Below are positions 21,780-34,019 of a DNA stretch of 64,000 nucleotides, in pieces; the stretch's first letter is position 1; each line of letters begins with the position of its first letter. Source of the DNA: Raja brachyura (Eukaryota); the NCBI GenBank assembly GCA_963514005.1, contig OY740781.1, positions 99,386,001-99,450,000 on the forward strand, read 5' to 3'. Below the pieces are notes generated by a model. The model worked only from the letters and a program-made list of their open reading frames with translations, was not told where the DNA came from and searched no databases. Position numbers and translations under genes: made by a program.

Positions 21780-23345
21780 ATTACTGCCCCACCAATCCAC
21801 TCTCAATCGCCAAGAAAGTGATGTAAATTGTCAACAATAATGCTAGTGTATTAATACAGATTATTCACCAATGATCAACTCACTGATGGCTAGTTTGGAT
21901 CTCAATAGAACCTCTACATTCAAGACTATGTCACAGCGATGGTCCAAACATGGAGTTGGAATCGGAATTCTAGGGATGAGGTAGGAGTGACTGCCCCTGA
22001 CATCCAGGCAGCATTTGACAGAGCATGGCATCAAGGCACTGTGGTAAAACTGAAGTCAGTGTGCATCAACGGACAAACACTAGGGTGGCACAGTGGTGCA
22101 GCTGGTCGAGCTGCAGCCTCACAGCACCAGAGCCCCAGGTTGGATCCTGCCCTCAGGTGCTGTCTGTGTGGAGTTTGCATGTTCTCCTTAGCATCCCAGA
22201 GGTTTCCGGGTAGTCCGGTTTCCTCCCACATTCCAAAGACGTGCAGTTTGTAGGTTAATTGGTCTCTGCAAATTGCCTCTAATACAATGAAGTGGATGTA
22301 AAAGTGGGATAACAGAATTAATGTGTGAATGGGTGATCAATGGTTGGCGTAGACTCAGTGGGATGTAGGGTATGTTTCCATGCTTTATCTCTAAAACTAA
22401 AATAAAAATTAGTGGTCAGAATCAGATCTTGCACAAAGGAAGATGGTCGCTGGACATCAGCCATCCCTGGACCAGGACACCTCTGCAGGAGCTCCTCAGG
22501 CCAGTGTCCCGGGCCCTACCACTTTCAGCAGCCTAGTCAATGGTGAGGTTTGCTGATGATTGCACAATATTCAATTCCATTGCCAAACCATTAGCAAAAA
22601 AATCAGCCCATGTCTACAAGCAGTGAGAAATGGACAACATTCAGGCACAGGCTGAAAAGTGGTAAATAACAAATCACACCACCAAAGAGCCAGACAAGCA
22701 AATGACCCTCTCCGACAGGAGAGAATGTAATCACCTACCTTTGGCATTACCTTCATTGATTCTTCAATAATCAATATAATGAAGGTCATCATTAACCAAA
22801 CATTCAACAGCAGAGGTATATAAAACCTACAACTATGGGAGTGGGTCAGAGGCCCTGCTTTCTCTCGCCATGAACAATTTGCACCAGACCTTTCCCCCAT
22901 CTGCAATGCACAATTAATGATCATGATGGAATAAACTACCACTTGCCTGGATGTGTACAGCTCTAACTATTTTGAAGAAACTGATTGGCACTCCACCAGC
23001 CATCCTAAACATTCCACTTGTGCAAAGTTTTGCAATGTGCACTACCTACAACATGAACTATCCCTTGCCCAAGCCACTCCGACAGCACCTCCTAAAGATA
23101 TGACTGTTGCCAACAAGAAGGACAAAGGGCATCAGACACATGGGAACATTACTGCCTGCAGTTTTCCCTCCAAGTCTCTCATATCTTGCCTTGGAAATAT
23201 ATTGACACTGGACCCGAATCCAGGAATCAATACCCAACTCCATCGTGAGAGTACTTTCTCAGGTAGACCTGCAGTGATTCATGAAGATGGCTGATTACTA
23301 TACTCTCAAGGTCATTTAAGGATGGGTAATAAAGTTGCGCCTAGC
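21780..23345 (+). mobile_element. Old CR1-group LINE RT/3' fragment
   Basis: Peptide VTAPDIQAAFDRAWHQGTVVKL, ctcagg ccagtgtcccgggccc (PQGSVLGP) and tttgctgatgattgcac (FADDC). The same family lies on the minus strand at 62460-63045. Confidence 0.75.
22083..22408 (+). mobile_element. tRNA-derived V-SINE (HE1-like)
   Basis: A/B-box-like head ggcacagtggtgcag...ggttggatcctg, V-domain gtctgtgtggagtttgcatgttctcc...ccggtttcctcccaca, and a CR1-like tail. Confidence 0.85.
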
Positions 23346-24632
23346 TAACGAGACTGAGTCACCAGAAACAAATAAGAGCAAAAGGATCCTATTTCAGGAA
23401 TGTAAATCTACACCTTATAAGATCAGAAGAATCTACGATTTCTAATCATAATTACCTGACTCAGGAAAAGATTGTTAGAGCTGCCTACCGGCATTTTCAA
23501 TCGAATGATAAAAATGAGCAAGGTATTATTTCCTATTTCTCAGTGTCAAACATGACTTGCTCAGAAGTAGAAAATTCATAAATTGTCGTTAAAAACTGTC
23601 CCATACCTCCCAAACTTAAGGAAAACTACTTACAAGCAAAGTATTTTTTTCTAGTATGACTATGCATCAGGGTCATTCTTTCCTAAAATGATTGGATCTC
23701 ATGGAAACTGATAATTTCGCCTGTCGCCCTTTGGAGTTGCGGAGAAACATAACGACAGACTGTGGGCAGAAAACAAAAGCCCGCAAACCTGAACTGCAGC
23801 AGCTATCAATGAACTTGTCCCAACACGAACAACACCACAGTTTATGTGGTGGATCTGAAATAGTGAAATCATGCCAAATAAAAATAGGTGCTAATGACCA
23901 AGCACCTTACAGCTAAACAAAAACACGGTGAAAAGGGAAGGTGAAAAGAGGCTTACCTGGTTCAGGCACCACTCATAAGAACTAGAGCATGGACTGGACT
24001 TTGAGAATGGCACCAAAACCTAGCGCCGCTTGCTTGGGGGATCAGCAAACTATTTCTGTAGACCTGCTAATTGAGGATGTGCTTGGGTATGGAAATAATG
24101 TACGGGACTGTATGTAAGAAATAATTTCACTGCGTGTTTGCACGTGTGACAATAAAGAGCACCATTGAACCATTGAGGTATTATGGAGTATATTTTATTT
24201 TATTTATGTTATGTGACATGGGTGTCACTGGCAAGACCATTCTTTATAGCCCAATCCTAATTGCCTTTAAGAAGGTGGCAGTGAGTCTCCTTCTTCAACC
24301 ACTGCAGCACTTGTGGTGGAGGCTGTTCCACCATGCCGTTCAGTGGGATTATCAGGATTTAAATACATCAACAATGTAGGGTATCAACTTAAAACTCCAA
24401 CATTTCCTTTCCTTGCACAGATTCTGCTCAACCTGCCGAGTTCCTCCACCAGATTGTCTGTTGCTCTGGAAGTAATGAGTGCTTGAGTAAAGTTTCACTG
24501 CAGTTGAGCCAGATAAGGCCGGGTTTGGATGATGTTAAAGTGGTAAAAACAGGAAGGCCTGTAGATGGTATGGATAGCAGTTTCAACATTCAATCCAGGG
24601 CCATCCAATGCAACAAGGCACCTATAGTTTAA

Positions 24633-24910
24633 CACGAATGCTGGAATAACTCAACGGGTCAAGCAACATCTGTGTAGGGAATGGATAAGCATTTTTTCAG
24701 GTCAAGACCTGAGTCATCGGTACTTGCTCTGATTTGTTCTGTACCTTTTCATACCTCTAGTTTCCCTTTCCCCTGACTCTCATTCTGAAGAAGGGTCTCG
24801 ACCCAAAATGTCACCTATTCTTTTTCTCCAGGGGTGCTGCCTGACCCACTGAGTTACTTCAGCATTTTGTGCTTATCTTCAGTGTAACCCTGCATCTGCA
24901 GTTCCTTCCC
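24633..24910. mobile_element. Inverted pair of PLE-derived repeats
   Basis: Minus copy at 24633-24713. Plus copy with ctgaagaagggtctcgacccaaaatgtc at 24785. Confidence 0.65.
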
Positions 24911-24924
24911 ATCTATTACGCCCT

Positions 24925-25055
24925 TGTGGGGGTATGGAGAGAAGGCAGGTACGGGATACTGAGTTGGATGAAGAGCCATGATCATATTGAATGGCGGTGC
25001 AGGCTCGAAAGGCCGAATGGCCTACTTCTGCACCTATTTTCTATGTTTCTATGTG
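24925..25055 (+). mobile_element. CR1 3' end
   Basis: gccatgatcatattgaatggcggtgcaggctcgaa...tttctatgtttctatg. Confidence 0.8.
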
Positions 25056-25501
25056 TCTATTACAGTTCAGTTAGTCATTTACTAAAAAGATGGAGTGAAT
25101 ATCTAGTGAAGGGTTTTTTTGAAGATGATCAACTGCAGTGATATTGATCTTGCCAATAATTTGGTGTTAGACATTTTTCCTATCAGATGTTGGGGTAGTG
25201 GACAAATGAGCTGTCAAGCTAGAGATACTGGATGAGAAGTAGATGGGAAATAATGATAGATTTCCTTGGGAAGGCGGAAAAAGAAGCAGTTTTTGATGAT
25301 TCTCTGGAAACAATCAGATAAACATGAATGTGTCTTGGTGAATGGCGGCTCAGAGTGTTAGATGAAGATTGTGTGTTCAGTTCAGTCCAAGGAAATAAAC
25401 GGGGCAAAAAGAACAAGGAATAACAGCTTACCTCCATCACAATAATTTAGCATGCCATAATCATCAGATTTAATAGCTAGATAATTATTTAGTTTATTAC
25501 T

Positions 25502-25785
25502 TAATACGGCATATTGGTATATTTTATTGGTGTATGATATTTAATAATCTAGTATGCAATATTGTTGCTCAACCTATTATTGACTACATAATAAAATGTA
25601 CTTATTAATTAAAACAACTTGCTTATTAATGTTTTCTTTTCCACAAATTAAATACTGTAATTGGTATATTCTCTTCACACATAATATTCAGTAATCTTGT
25701 GTACTGTATTGCTGCTCAACATATAATAGAGTACATAATAAACTACATTCACTAATTAAAGCTATTAACACATTTTCTTTTCCAT
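25502..25785. repeat. Diverged AT-rich tandem duplication of about 145 bp
   Basis: attggtatatt...tattgytgctcaac...tacataataaa...ttttcttttcca occurs twice. Confidence 0.8.
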
Positions 25786-26895
25786 GTTAGGGACACGCAA
25801 AAGGGACCATGATTCTTTTTTCGTTGCAAATCAATATATTTTATTTTTGGGCTTAATGATATTATCACTCTTGTTGCTGTTGTGTTTAATGTTAAACATT
25901 GTAATTCACTCTGTCACTGCCTTTCCCCAATGCACAGACCCCAATGTTCTGACTTGTGGTGTCAGAAGAATGAGTTCTGCAATCAGGGATTGATATTACT
26001 ATGACCTATTTTCAAAAGGTCCAGAAATTTAAAAAAAACTGAAGTGTTTCTACTTCCCACTTGGCATCTGTTTGGAGCCCTTATTTAGTAATCCTTCAAA
26101 AACAAGTCCAACCATATTTATTCTAACAACATAAGAACATGGAACCCAGAACATAGAGGGCACCACACAGGAACAGATCCTTCAGACCAATATATCCGTG
26201 CTGAATACAACGTCAGGTTATCTGGACATTATCCATGTTCCTCCATAACCCAGCATGTCTATGTGCCAAGCTAAAAGCCTTTGAAATATCTCTATCATAT
26301 CTGCCTCCACCCATCACACCTGGCAACATATTCCAGGTACTCATCAAGCTTTGGTAGTTTATTATCATGTTCCTCCACAGATCTCTCATGTATTCTATTT
26401 TTGTTTTCCTCATCAATGCTTTGGTCCTCCTTTGCTGAAATCTAAAACATTTTGATTCTTCAGACTAACTGCCCTTTTTAGCAACACTATGAACCTTGCC
26501 CTTTGACCTAACATCATCTTTTAACATCTCATAAAGTCATTGACATACAGCATGGAAGCAGGCAACCAAAGTGCACAGCTAAGCTAGTCGCTTTGCCCAC
26601 AATCCTCCAAACCTTCCTGTTCATTTACCTGTCCAAAGGTTTTTTTAATGCCATTATAGTACCTGCCTCTACTACCTGCTGTGAAATTTGTTCCATATAC
26701 CCACCACCATCTGAGTGAATAAGTTGCCCTTAGGTTCCTATTAAAACTTTCCCCTCTCACCTTAAACCCATGTTCTCTGGTACTAGATTCATATACAGTA
26801 CCCTGAGTGAAAGACTGTGCATGCATCCTGTCCATCCACCTCATACACTGGTATAAGATCACTCCATAGTCTCCTACATGTCTCCTTATTGGGAA

Positions 26896-28097
26896 CATTG
26901 ATGAGGGTAAAGCAGTGGATGTTGTCTATATGGATTTATGTAAGGCCTTTGACAAGGTTCCCCATGGAAGGTTGGTTAAGAAGGTTCAATCTTTGGGTGT
27001 TATTGGTGGAGTAGCAAGATGGATTCAACAGTGGCTGAATGGGAGATGCCAGAGAGCAATGGTGGATGGCTGTTTGTCATGTTGGAAGCCGGTGACCAGT
27101 GGGGTGCCTCAGGGATCTGTGTTGGGTCCACTGTTGTTTGTCATGTACATCAATGATCTGGATGATGGGATGGAAAATTGGATAAGTAAGTATGCAGATG
27201 ATACTAAGATAGGTTGTGTTGTGGATAATGAAGTAGATTTTCAAAGTCTGCAGAGAGATTTGGGCCATTTGGGAGAGTGGTAAGTGTGCGATGCTACATC
27301 TTGGCAGGACAAATCAAAATAGGACGTACATGGTAAATGGTAGGGAATTGAGGAATGCTGTGGATCAGAGGGATCTAGGGATAACTGTGCATAGTTCCCT
27401 GAAGGAGGAATCGCATGTAGATAGGGTGGTAAAGAAAGCTTTTGGTGTACTGGCCTTTATAAATCAGAGCATTGAATATAGGAGTAGGGAAGTAATGTTA
27501 AAATTGTACACGGCATTGATGAGACCAATTCTGGAGTATGGTGTACAATTTTGGTCGCCTAATTATAGGAAGGATGTCAACAAAATAGAGAGAGTACAGA
27601 GGAGATTTACTAGAATGTTGCCTGGGTTCCAGCAACTAAGTTACAGAGAAAGGTTGAACAAGTTAGGTCTTTATTCTTTAGAGCGCAGAAGGTAAAGGGG
27701 GGACTTGAGTGAGGTCTTTAAAATGATGAAAAGGATAGTCAGAGTTGACGTGGATAAGCTTTTCCCATTGAGGGTAGGGAAGATTCAAACAAGAGGGCAT
27801 GACATGAGAATTAAGGGACAGAAGTTTAGGGGTAACAAGAGGGGGAACTTCTTTACTCAGAGAGTGGTGGCTGTGTGGAATGATCTTCCAGCAGAAGTGG
27901 TGGAGGCAGGATTGATTTTAACATTTAAAAGTAAAGTGGATAGGTATATTGACGGGAAGGGAATGGAGGTGTTTGGTCTGAGTGCAGGTAGATGGGACTA
28001 GGGGAAAATAAATGGTCGGCACGGACTCAAAGGGCCGAGGGGGCCTGTTTCCGTGCTGTAATTGGTATATGGTTATATGGTTATATGGTTATATGGT
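26896..28097 (+). mobile_element. 5'-truncated CR1, same subfamily as 18838-20482, inserted into an older minus-strand CR1 (26535-26880 and 28098-28290)
   Basis: Nearly identical to 19253-20482, with a (tatatggt)n tail. Possible TSD tacatg at 26875 and 28098. Confidence 0.93.
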
Positions 28098-28899
28098 TAC
28101 ATGGAATACAATGATAGCTTGCCCAATCGTTCCCGATAGCTCATTCCCTCAAGTCCTGGCAACATTCTTGTAACTCTTCTCTGTACTCTTCCCAGCTTAA
28201 GAACATAATTTCTATAGTAGGATGACCAAATGTGTACACAATGCTTCCAATGCAGCCTCACCAATGTCTTGTACAACTGTAACAAATCATCTCATAAGCT
28301 CATAATACACAGGAGCAGAATTAGGTTGTTTGGCCCATCGAGTCTACACCATCATTCAATTATAGCTGGGCCCAAAACTTCACACAATACTGCAAGTACG
28401 GTCTGACCAGCGCCTTATAAAGCCCCAGCAGGAAATCAAGCAGGAAAGGTCATAGCTTTAGAAGTCATTTTATATTCTCGTCTCAATTTTAAAAATTCAA
28501 TACCTTAACCGATGAAAGCCAATGTACAAAGCGCCTTCTGTATGACCCTATCTACCTGTGACACCACTTTCAGAGAACTATGTACCTACACTCTTAGATC
28601 AGCTCTAAAAACACTTCCCAGGCCCTATCATTCATTGTGAATGTTCTGGTTTGATTTCACAAAATGCAACACTTCACAGTCTATCTGCATTAAATTCCAT
28701 TAGCTGATCCTCAGCCCACTTGCCCAGCTGATCAAAATCTTGTTGCAGTTTAGACCACCTTCATTGTCTATGGTACCACCCACTTTAGCCTTATCGGCTA
28801 ACCTCTCGATATCCATGCCATAAATGTTTCCAGTTTTATTTCTGCATAGAAGGTATATATATCACTTGTAACCTGTGTGCTAATTCTTTCAATGCTGTT

Positions 28900-29163
28900 T
28901 ACAGAGATAAGGAAAACCTTTTTCACCCAGAGAATTGTGAATCTGGGGAATTCTCTGCCACAGAAGGCAGTGGAGGCCAAATCACTGGATGTTTTCAAGA
29001 GAGATTTAGCTCTTTGGGCTAAGGGAATCATGGGATATGGGGGAAAAGACGTAACGGGGTACTGATTTTGGATGATCAGCCATGACCATATTGAATGGCG
29101 GTGCTGGCTCGAAGGGTTGAATGGCCTACTCCCACACCTATTTTTTATGTTTCTATGTTTCTA
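28900..29163 (+). mobile_element. CR1 3' end
   Basis: FFTQRIVNL peptide and tttctatg tail. Confidence 0.8.
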
Positions 29164-30190
29164 TTGCATGATTACTGTCATAACATCTAATGATCTACTT
29201 GTTTGCCTCGTCATATGGCAGGATGCTAAGAACCAACTGGTTTTGCATATGTTAGCGTTTTGATTGAAGCTTTCAAATTTGCAAATACTTATGTAGCAGC
29301 TCTGTTAGAAAGTGTGAATGATCTGTAAATTGATGCTTTAAGAATTAAAATTCTTTTATCTTCAAAGTTTCTCATCTCAGTAATCCCTCTTCATGCAGAC
29401 ATACAGTTTCAATATGGATTTTCACAATTATTTTTGCATACTTCACATTACATAGTTTAATGTCTGCTAGGATCTAAGAAATGATTAAAGTTCAGCTTGA
29501 CCTCTTCCTTAAATGTTTGACTTTCAATCTATTATTCGCAAACAAATGGGAACAAATGTGTAAAAAGATTTTTGTGAATGTAATGGGTGACTTTAACACC
29601 AATTTCACTGGGATTTCCTAATTGCTTGACTTTCAATCTATTATTCGCAAACAAAAGGGAACGAATATGTCAACAGGTTTTGGAAAGATGCGAAAGCATT
29701 ATTTGTGTTGTAGTGGGTGACATTAACTTCAATGTCACTGGGACTTTCGCAGTGCAAGCAGTTTGGATGGGGCAGAATTTGTTGGGTGCATTCAAGATGG
29801 TTATTTGAAACAGGATTTGAATAATCCAACTCGAGGAGGGACCTCACTAGACCAGGTATACAGGACTCTAACTAGTTGACCAATGTTTCAGTGGGAACCA
29901 TTTTGGAAAAAATCATCACCACTCTATACACTTTAAGATAGTTATGAATAAGGATAAGTCTAGACTTTGGGGAAACTAAATTGGGGAAGGCCAAATTACC
30001 GCAATATTAGTCAGGAGCCTGGTGGAGTAAATTGGAAACTGCTGTTATTGGGCAAGTCCACATCTGACCAGTGAAAGTTATTTAAAGACCATCTAATCAG
30101 AGGCCAGAACAAACTTGTTCCAGTAAGTAAGAGGGACAAAGTTGGCAAGGTAAGGGAACCTTGTATGGCTATATGATATCCATATCCATA

Positions 30191-31275
30191 TCTCTATAAT
30201 TATCAAACTTTTTGCTTTCTCTCTGGGATCGCTTTCTCTCAGCGCTTTACCTTGGCTCTTCGGTCGGCTCCTCTCTCCTCCCACACGGGCCATTCTCTTC
30301 CCCCTGGCCTCTCGTCCCAAAGCCTCTCTTTCACCAGCCCCCCTTCCTCTCTTCCACCCCCCCTCTACCCCCTCTCTCCCTCCTCTCTCTCCCCCTCTGC
30401 GCTATCCCCCTCCTCTTTCTACCCCTCTCCCCCCTCTCCCCTCATTCCTCCTCTCTCTCCCACCCCTCTCCCCACTCTCTCCCATCTCTCTCCCCCCCTC
30501 CTCTTTCTCCACCATCCTCATTCTCCTCCTTCCTCTCACTTCCCTGGCCTCTCTCCTCCTCCCTCCTTTCTAACCCCTTCTCTCCCCCCTCCCCACTCAC
30601 CCCCCTCTTCCCCTCCCTCCCCTCTCTGCCACTCTCCCCCATCCCTTCCCCTCCTCTCCCCCCTCTCTCTCCCCTCCCACCCCCCCTCTCTACCCCCCTC
30701 TCCCTTTCTCTCCCCCCTCCTCTCTCTCCCCATCCTCTTTCTCCCCCCACCTCTTTCCCCTGCCTATTTCTCCCCTTCCTCTCCTCCTCCCCCTCCCCCC
30801 CTCTCCCCTCCTCTCTCCCCCTAACCCCCTCTCTCCCTCCTCTCCCCCCCTCTCCCAACCCTCCCTTTACCCCCATCCCCACCCTCTCCCCCATCACCGC
30901 CCTCTCCACCCTCTATCCTCCTCTACTCCCCATCTCTGCCCCTCTCTGTCCCTGCCCCTCTCTGTCTCTGTCCCTCTCTCTCAGTCTCTGCCCCCTCTCT
31001 CTCTGCCCTCTCTCTCTACCTCCCCATCCCTCTCCCTCTCTAGACGTGCCTGCGAGTTGGGGGGCTATGAGTGGATAAGGTGGGAAAGGGGTAAAAGGAG
31101 CAAAAAATAATAATATTAATATAATATCAAGGGGTGGTGGTTAGTGTGTGTGCGTGTGGTGGTTAATGTGTGTGTAATGCCATAGTTCGCAACCCCCACC
31201 ACCCCTTCCCCCCCCCCCCCCCCCCCAACAAATGCGCATGAGGGGACAGGACCCAATGGGTCCCACTTCGTCTTG
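30191..31275 (+). mobile_element. Non-autonomous Helitron containing a polypyrimidine tract of about 750 bp
   Basis: A|TCTCTATAATTATCAAAC start. GGACCC-AAT-GGGTCC hairpin + CACTTCGT + CTTG|T end. The subterminal region matches the 9728 copy. Confidence 0.82.
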
Positions 31276-32071
31276 TATGTTATAAAAGCATGAGTATATG
31301 TAAGGTTTAGGAAGATTATATCAGACAGGGTGTTTAAGGAATATAAAGAGAGCAAGAACAATCCCAAGCCACGAATCACTCAGATTAAAGAGAATCTCAA
31401 GGTAATTTGTACTTTCAATAAAATCAAGAGGATCACTTGGGAGAAGGTAGAACCACACAAAACTAAAAGAGGGAATTTATGCTTGTAGATGGATGAAAAA
31501 GGCAAGGCACAACGAGTATTCACTAAGGAGAAAAATACGGACAAGTGGGATCAGTGTGGGGTATTCTCATATGCAAGTGCCTTTTGAGATCAAGGAGATG
31601 GTGTTTGATCACTTGCAGATCATAAATATTGATAAAACCCCATTAAGAGAGATAAGTCTTGAATGCACCCAACAAATTCTGCTCCATCTAAACCTATTGG
31701 GATGGGATCTAGATGGGATCTATATGATAAATAGGATCTATTCCAGATCATTGAGAGAGGCAGGAGAGGAGATTGCTGGAGCTTTGGCAAATATGTTTGT
31801 ATCCTCTCCGGCCACAGGCGAACTGGAGAGTAGCCAGTGTTGTTCCTTTGTTTAAGAACGGATATAAGGATAATCCAGGAAATTAAATGACAGTCAACAC
31901 GTCATTTCTTACTAACTTATTCGCAAATATTGAAGAGGTGACAAAGATGGTTGATGAGGGTGGTGTAGTGAATGTTATCTACAGGTACTTCAGTAAGGCA
32001 TTTGACAAGGTCCCTCATAATAGTCTGATCCAGTAGATTAAAATTTCCTGGAATTCAAGGTGAGTTGAGAG

Positions 32072-32284
32072 TGTGGCATCACGGGCTACAGGGAGTGTCC
32101 TGGTACTTAAGGTCTCTCACCTCGAGGAGTCAACAGGTAGCTGAGCCCGAGAATACAACCTCGCTCAGCTACAGCAACATTGTAATATGGTTAGCGCACC
32201 AACTTAACGTGTCACCACTGAATAAACAACACTTTGAACCAACCTGATGTCTCACCTTTATTCACAATGTTTGGTGCCGCTACA
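32072..32284 (+). mobile_element. Solo LTR (213 bp) with 4-bp TSD AGAG
   Basis: TG...CA termini, AATAAA at 32221, agag on both flanks. Homologous to the LTRs at 57752 and 58631. Confidence 0.85.
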
Positions 32285-32425
32285 AGAGTTTGGATTTAAA
32301 ACTATCTTACCTATGGAAGGCAGAGAGTAGTGGTGGAAGGGTGTTACTCTGGTTGAAGATCTGCAAGTAGTGGTGCTTGAATGGAGCAGTGCTGGAACCT
32401 CTCGTTTGTGATTCATATTAATTTA

Positions 32426-32824
32426 CTAGACCAAGTGGGTCCCTGTCACATGGGAGGTCTTGACCCCAACGCAAGATTTCACCACTGACACATAGCCCCT
32501 AACTATGCATGCTCAGCTGTCGAGCCCGCACAAGCGGCAGATATTAAGTTAAAGTTAATAACTTTGCATTTAATATTTACAGTACCTCGCCATCCCTCGT
32601 CCTACCCCTATCCTCCATTCCTCCTCATCAAGTAGCACTCCCCCTCCCTCTTCTTTCCCCTCTCATCCTTCTCTCCCCCACTCCATCCCTCACTCCCTCT
32701 CCTTTCCCCTACCCTCAGTCACTACTTCATTCCCTCCATAACCCCTTTCCCCTCACTACCCCGCTCCCCTCCCTCCATCCCCCTCCTCACCTCCACCCTA
32801 TCCCACCTCTCCACAATATATAGA
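32426..32824 (-). mobile_element. Short non-autonomous Helitron derivative
   Basis: a|ctagaccaagtgggtccc terminus and catagcccc motif shared with the 9728 copy. The other end reads TCTATATA on the minus strand. Confidence 0.6.
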
Positions 32825-32972
32825 CATTGGTGGAAAATGTAAATTAGATGGTTAATAAGTTTGAAAATGGCAACATTGGTAGAGTTGCAGGCAAAACAGC
32901 AGGATAGTGATTAATTGCAGATATGGGTGGAGAAACAGCAGATAGAATTTAATCTTGGCAAGTGTGAGAGCT

Positions 32973-33722
32973 TGTGATGTTACTTCTGGCCAAATTGGAG
33001 AGGCCAGGACACTTAAATTGAGTAAAGGCTTCTGGGCTGCTAGTCCATTTAGTCAATTTAAATGTGCCTTCTGCAGAAATGGGACAAGCTGCAGAATGGT
33101 GCCAGTTTGTCTAGAGCCTAGATAAGAGTTGCAGGGAAAGAATGGGACCTGCAGCACAATTAGGTGTAAATTGCATGAAACAGATTTGGTGAATGCAAAC
33201 CAGACATACACATTGTAAATATTGTTGCAAAGCTTTGCTTTGCTAGATGTTGATTGGATTAAGTGTTGAGCCTTGTCTAGGTTTCTTGAATATCTGGGCA
33301 AAGGTTGCTATGTTTTCTTCCTTCCAGAAGCTCCGTTTGAATACAATGTCTTGGTTACTGTATTATTGGGTTAGGGAAATGTCCATCATGTACTGTGTTA
33401 ATCAATAGCTATTATTGGACTGTATAGAGACCACCCCCATGTGGTTCGGTCCCTCAAGGTTCGGGACCAATAAAAGATAGCTCCCATGAGGTCCTGTGTC
33501 GATCTTCTGGTAGAAAGCTTGGGACTGCGTGACCTTTTGGAATGTCTCTGCTTGCACGAGGCTAGGAGGGATTGGCCAGGCAGATACAAGGATGGAACCT
33601 GCGGTGGTTAGGTATAGTAGTGGGGAACTGTTATTGTGATTTTCCAAAATAAAGTTTAGATGCGCAAGTGCTTGTCTCAGTATCTTATTGACTGAAACTA
33701 GACTGGGGAGAAGCTTAGAACA
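32973..33722 (+). mobile_element. Solo LTR (750 bp) with 4-bp TSD AGCT
   Basis: agct|TGTGATG...AGAACA|agct. TATA-like caataaaag at about 33468 and AATAAA at 33648. Confidence 0.8.
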
Positions 33723-33791
33723 AGCTATTTATAGTGAGAGGTAATAGAGATTGGTCTTGGGGACGATGCCCCGTCTTTTTATTTCTCCTTA

Positions 33792-34019
33792 AGGGCCTGT
33801 CTAAATTGGCAATTTTTTCGGCGACTGCCAGTGTCATATCAGTGTCGCCAAAAGACTTTGAACATTTAAAAATAAAATTTGCGACACTTTAAAAAACACC
33901 CCACTTCATACATCATCACGCTGCATCACGCCGCATCACGTCACAAATTTTTCAGTGACCTGATACGTCAGTCAATGATGCCAGCAGTCGCCAAAAAAAC
34001 GGCAAGTGGGACAGGCCCT
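33792..34019. mobile_element. PIF/Harbinger (Tourist-like) MITE
   Basis: TIRs AGGGCCTGTC.../...GACAGGCCCT with extended imperfect symmetry and a TTA TSD on both sides. Confidence 0.85.

Larger units (their letters stand above)
29510..32972 (+). mobile_element. Old, long CR1 ORF2 remnant (endonuclease to RT) hosting nested insertions
   Basis: VVVGDINF (EN), SLREAGEEIAGAL and ttcagtaaggcatttgacaaggtccctcat (FSKAFDKVPH) are collinear across the insertions. Confidence 0.75.

Noticed and set aside
22083-22160. tRNA gene
   Set aside because: It is the tRNA-derived head of a V-SINE, continuous with the V-domain and tail.
23790-23960. Minus-strand exon pair
   Set aside because: The upstream donor lies in or beside a retroposon fragment, and the peptides are not recognisable.
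30212-31078. 288-aa Pro/Ser/Leu-rich ORF and overlapping ORFs
   Set aside because: An artefact of a C/T low-complexity tract that lacks stop codons.
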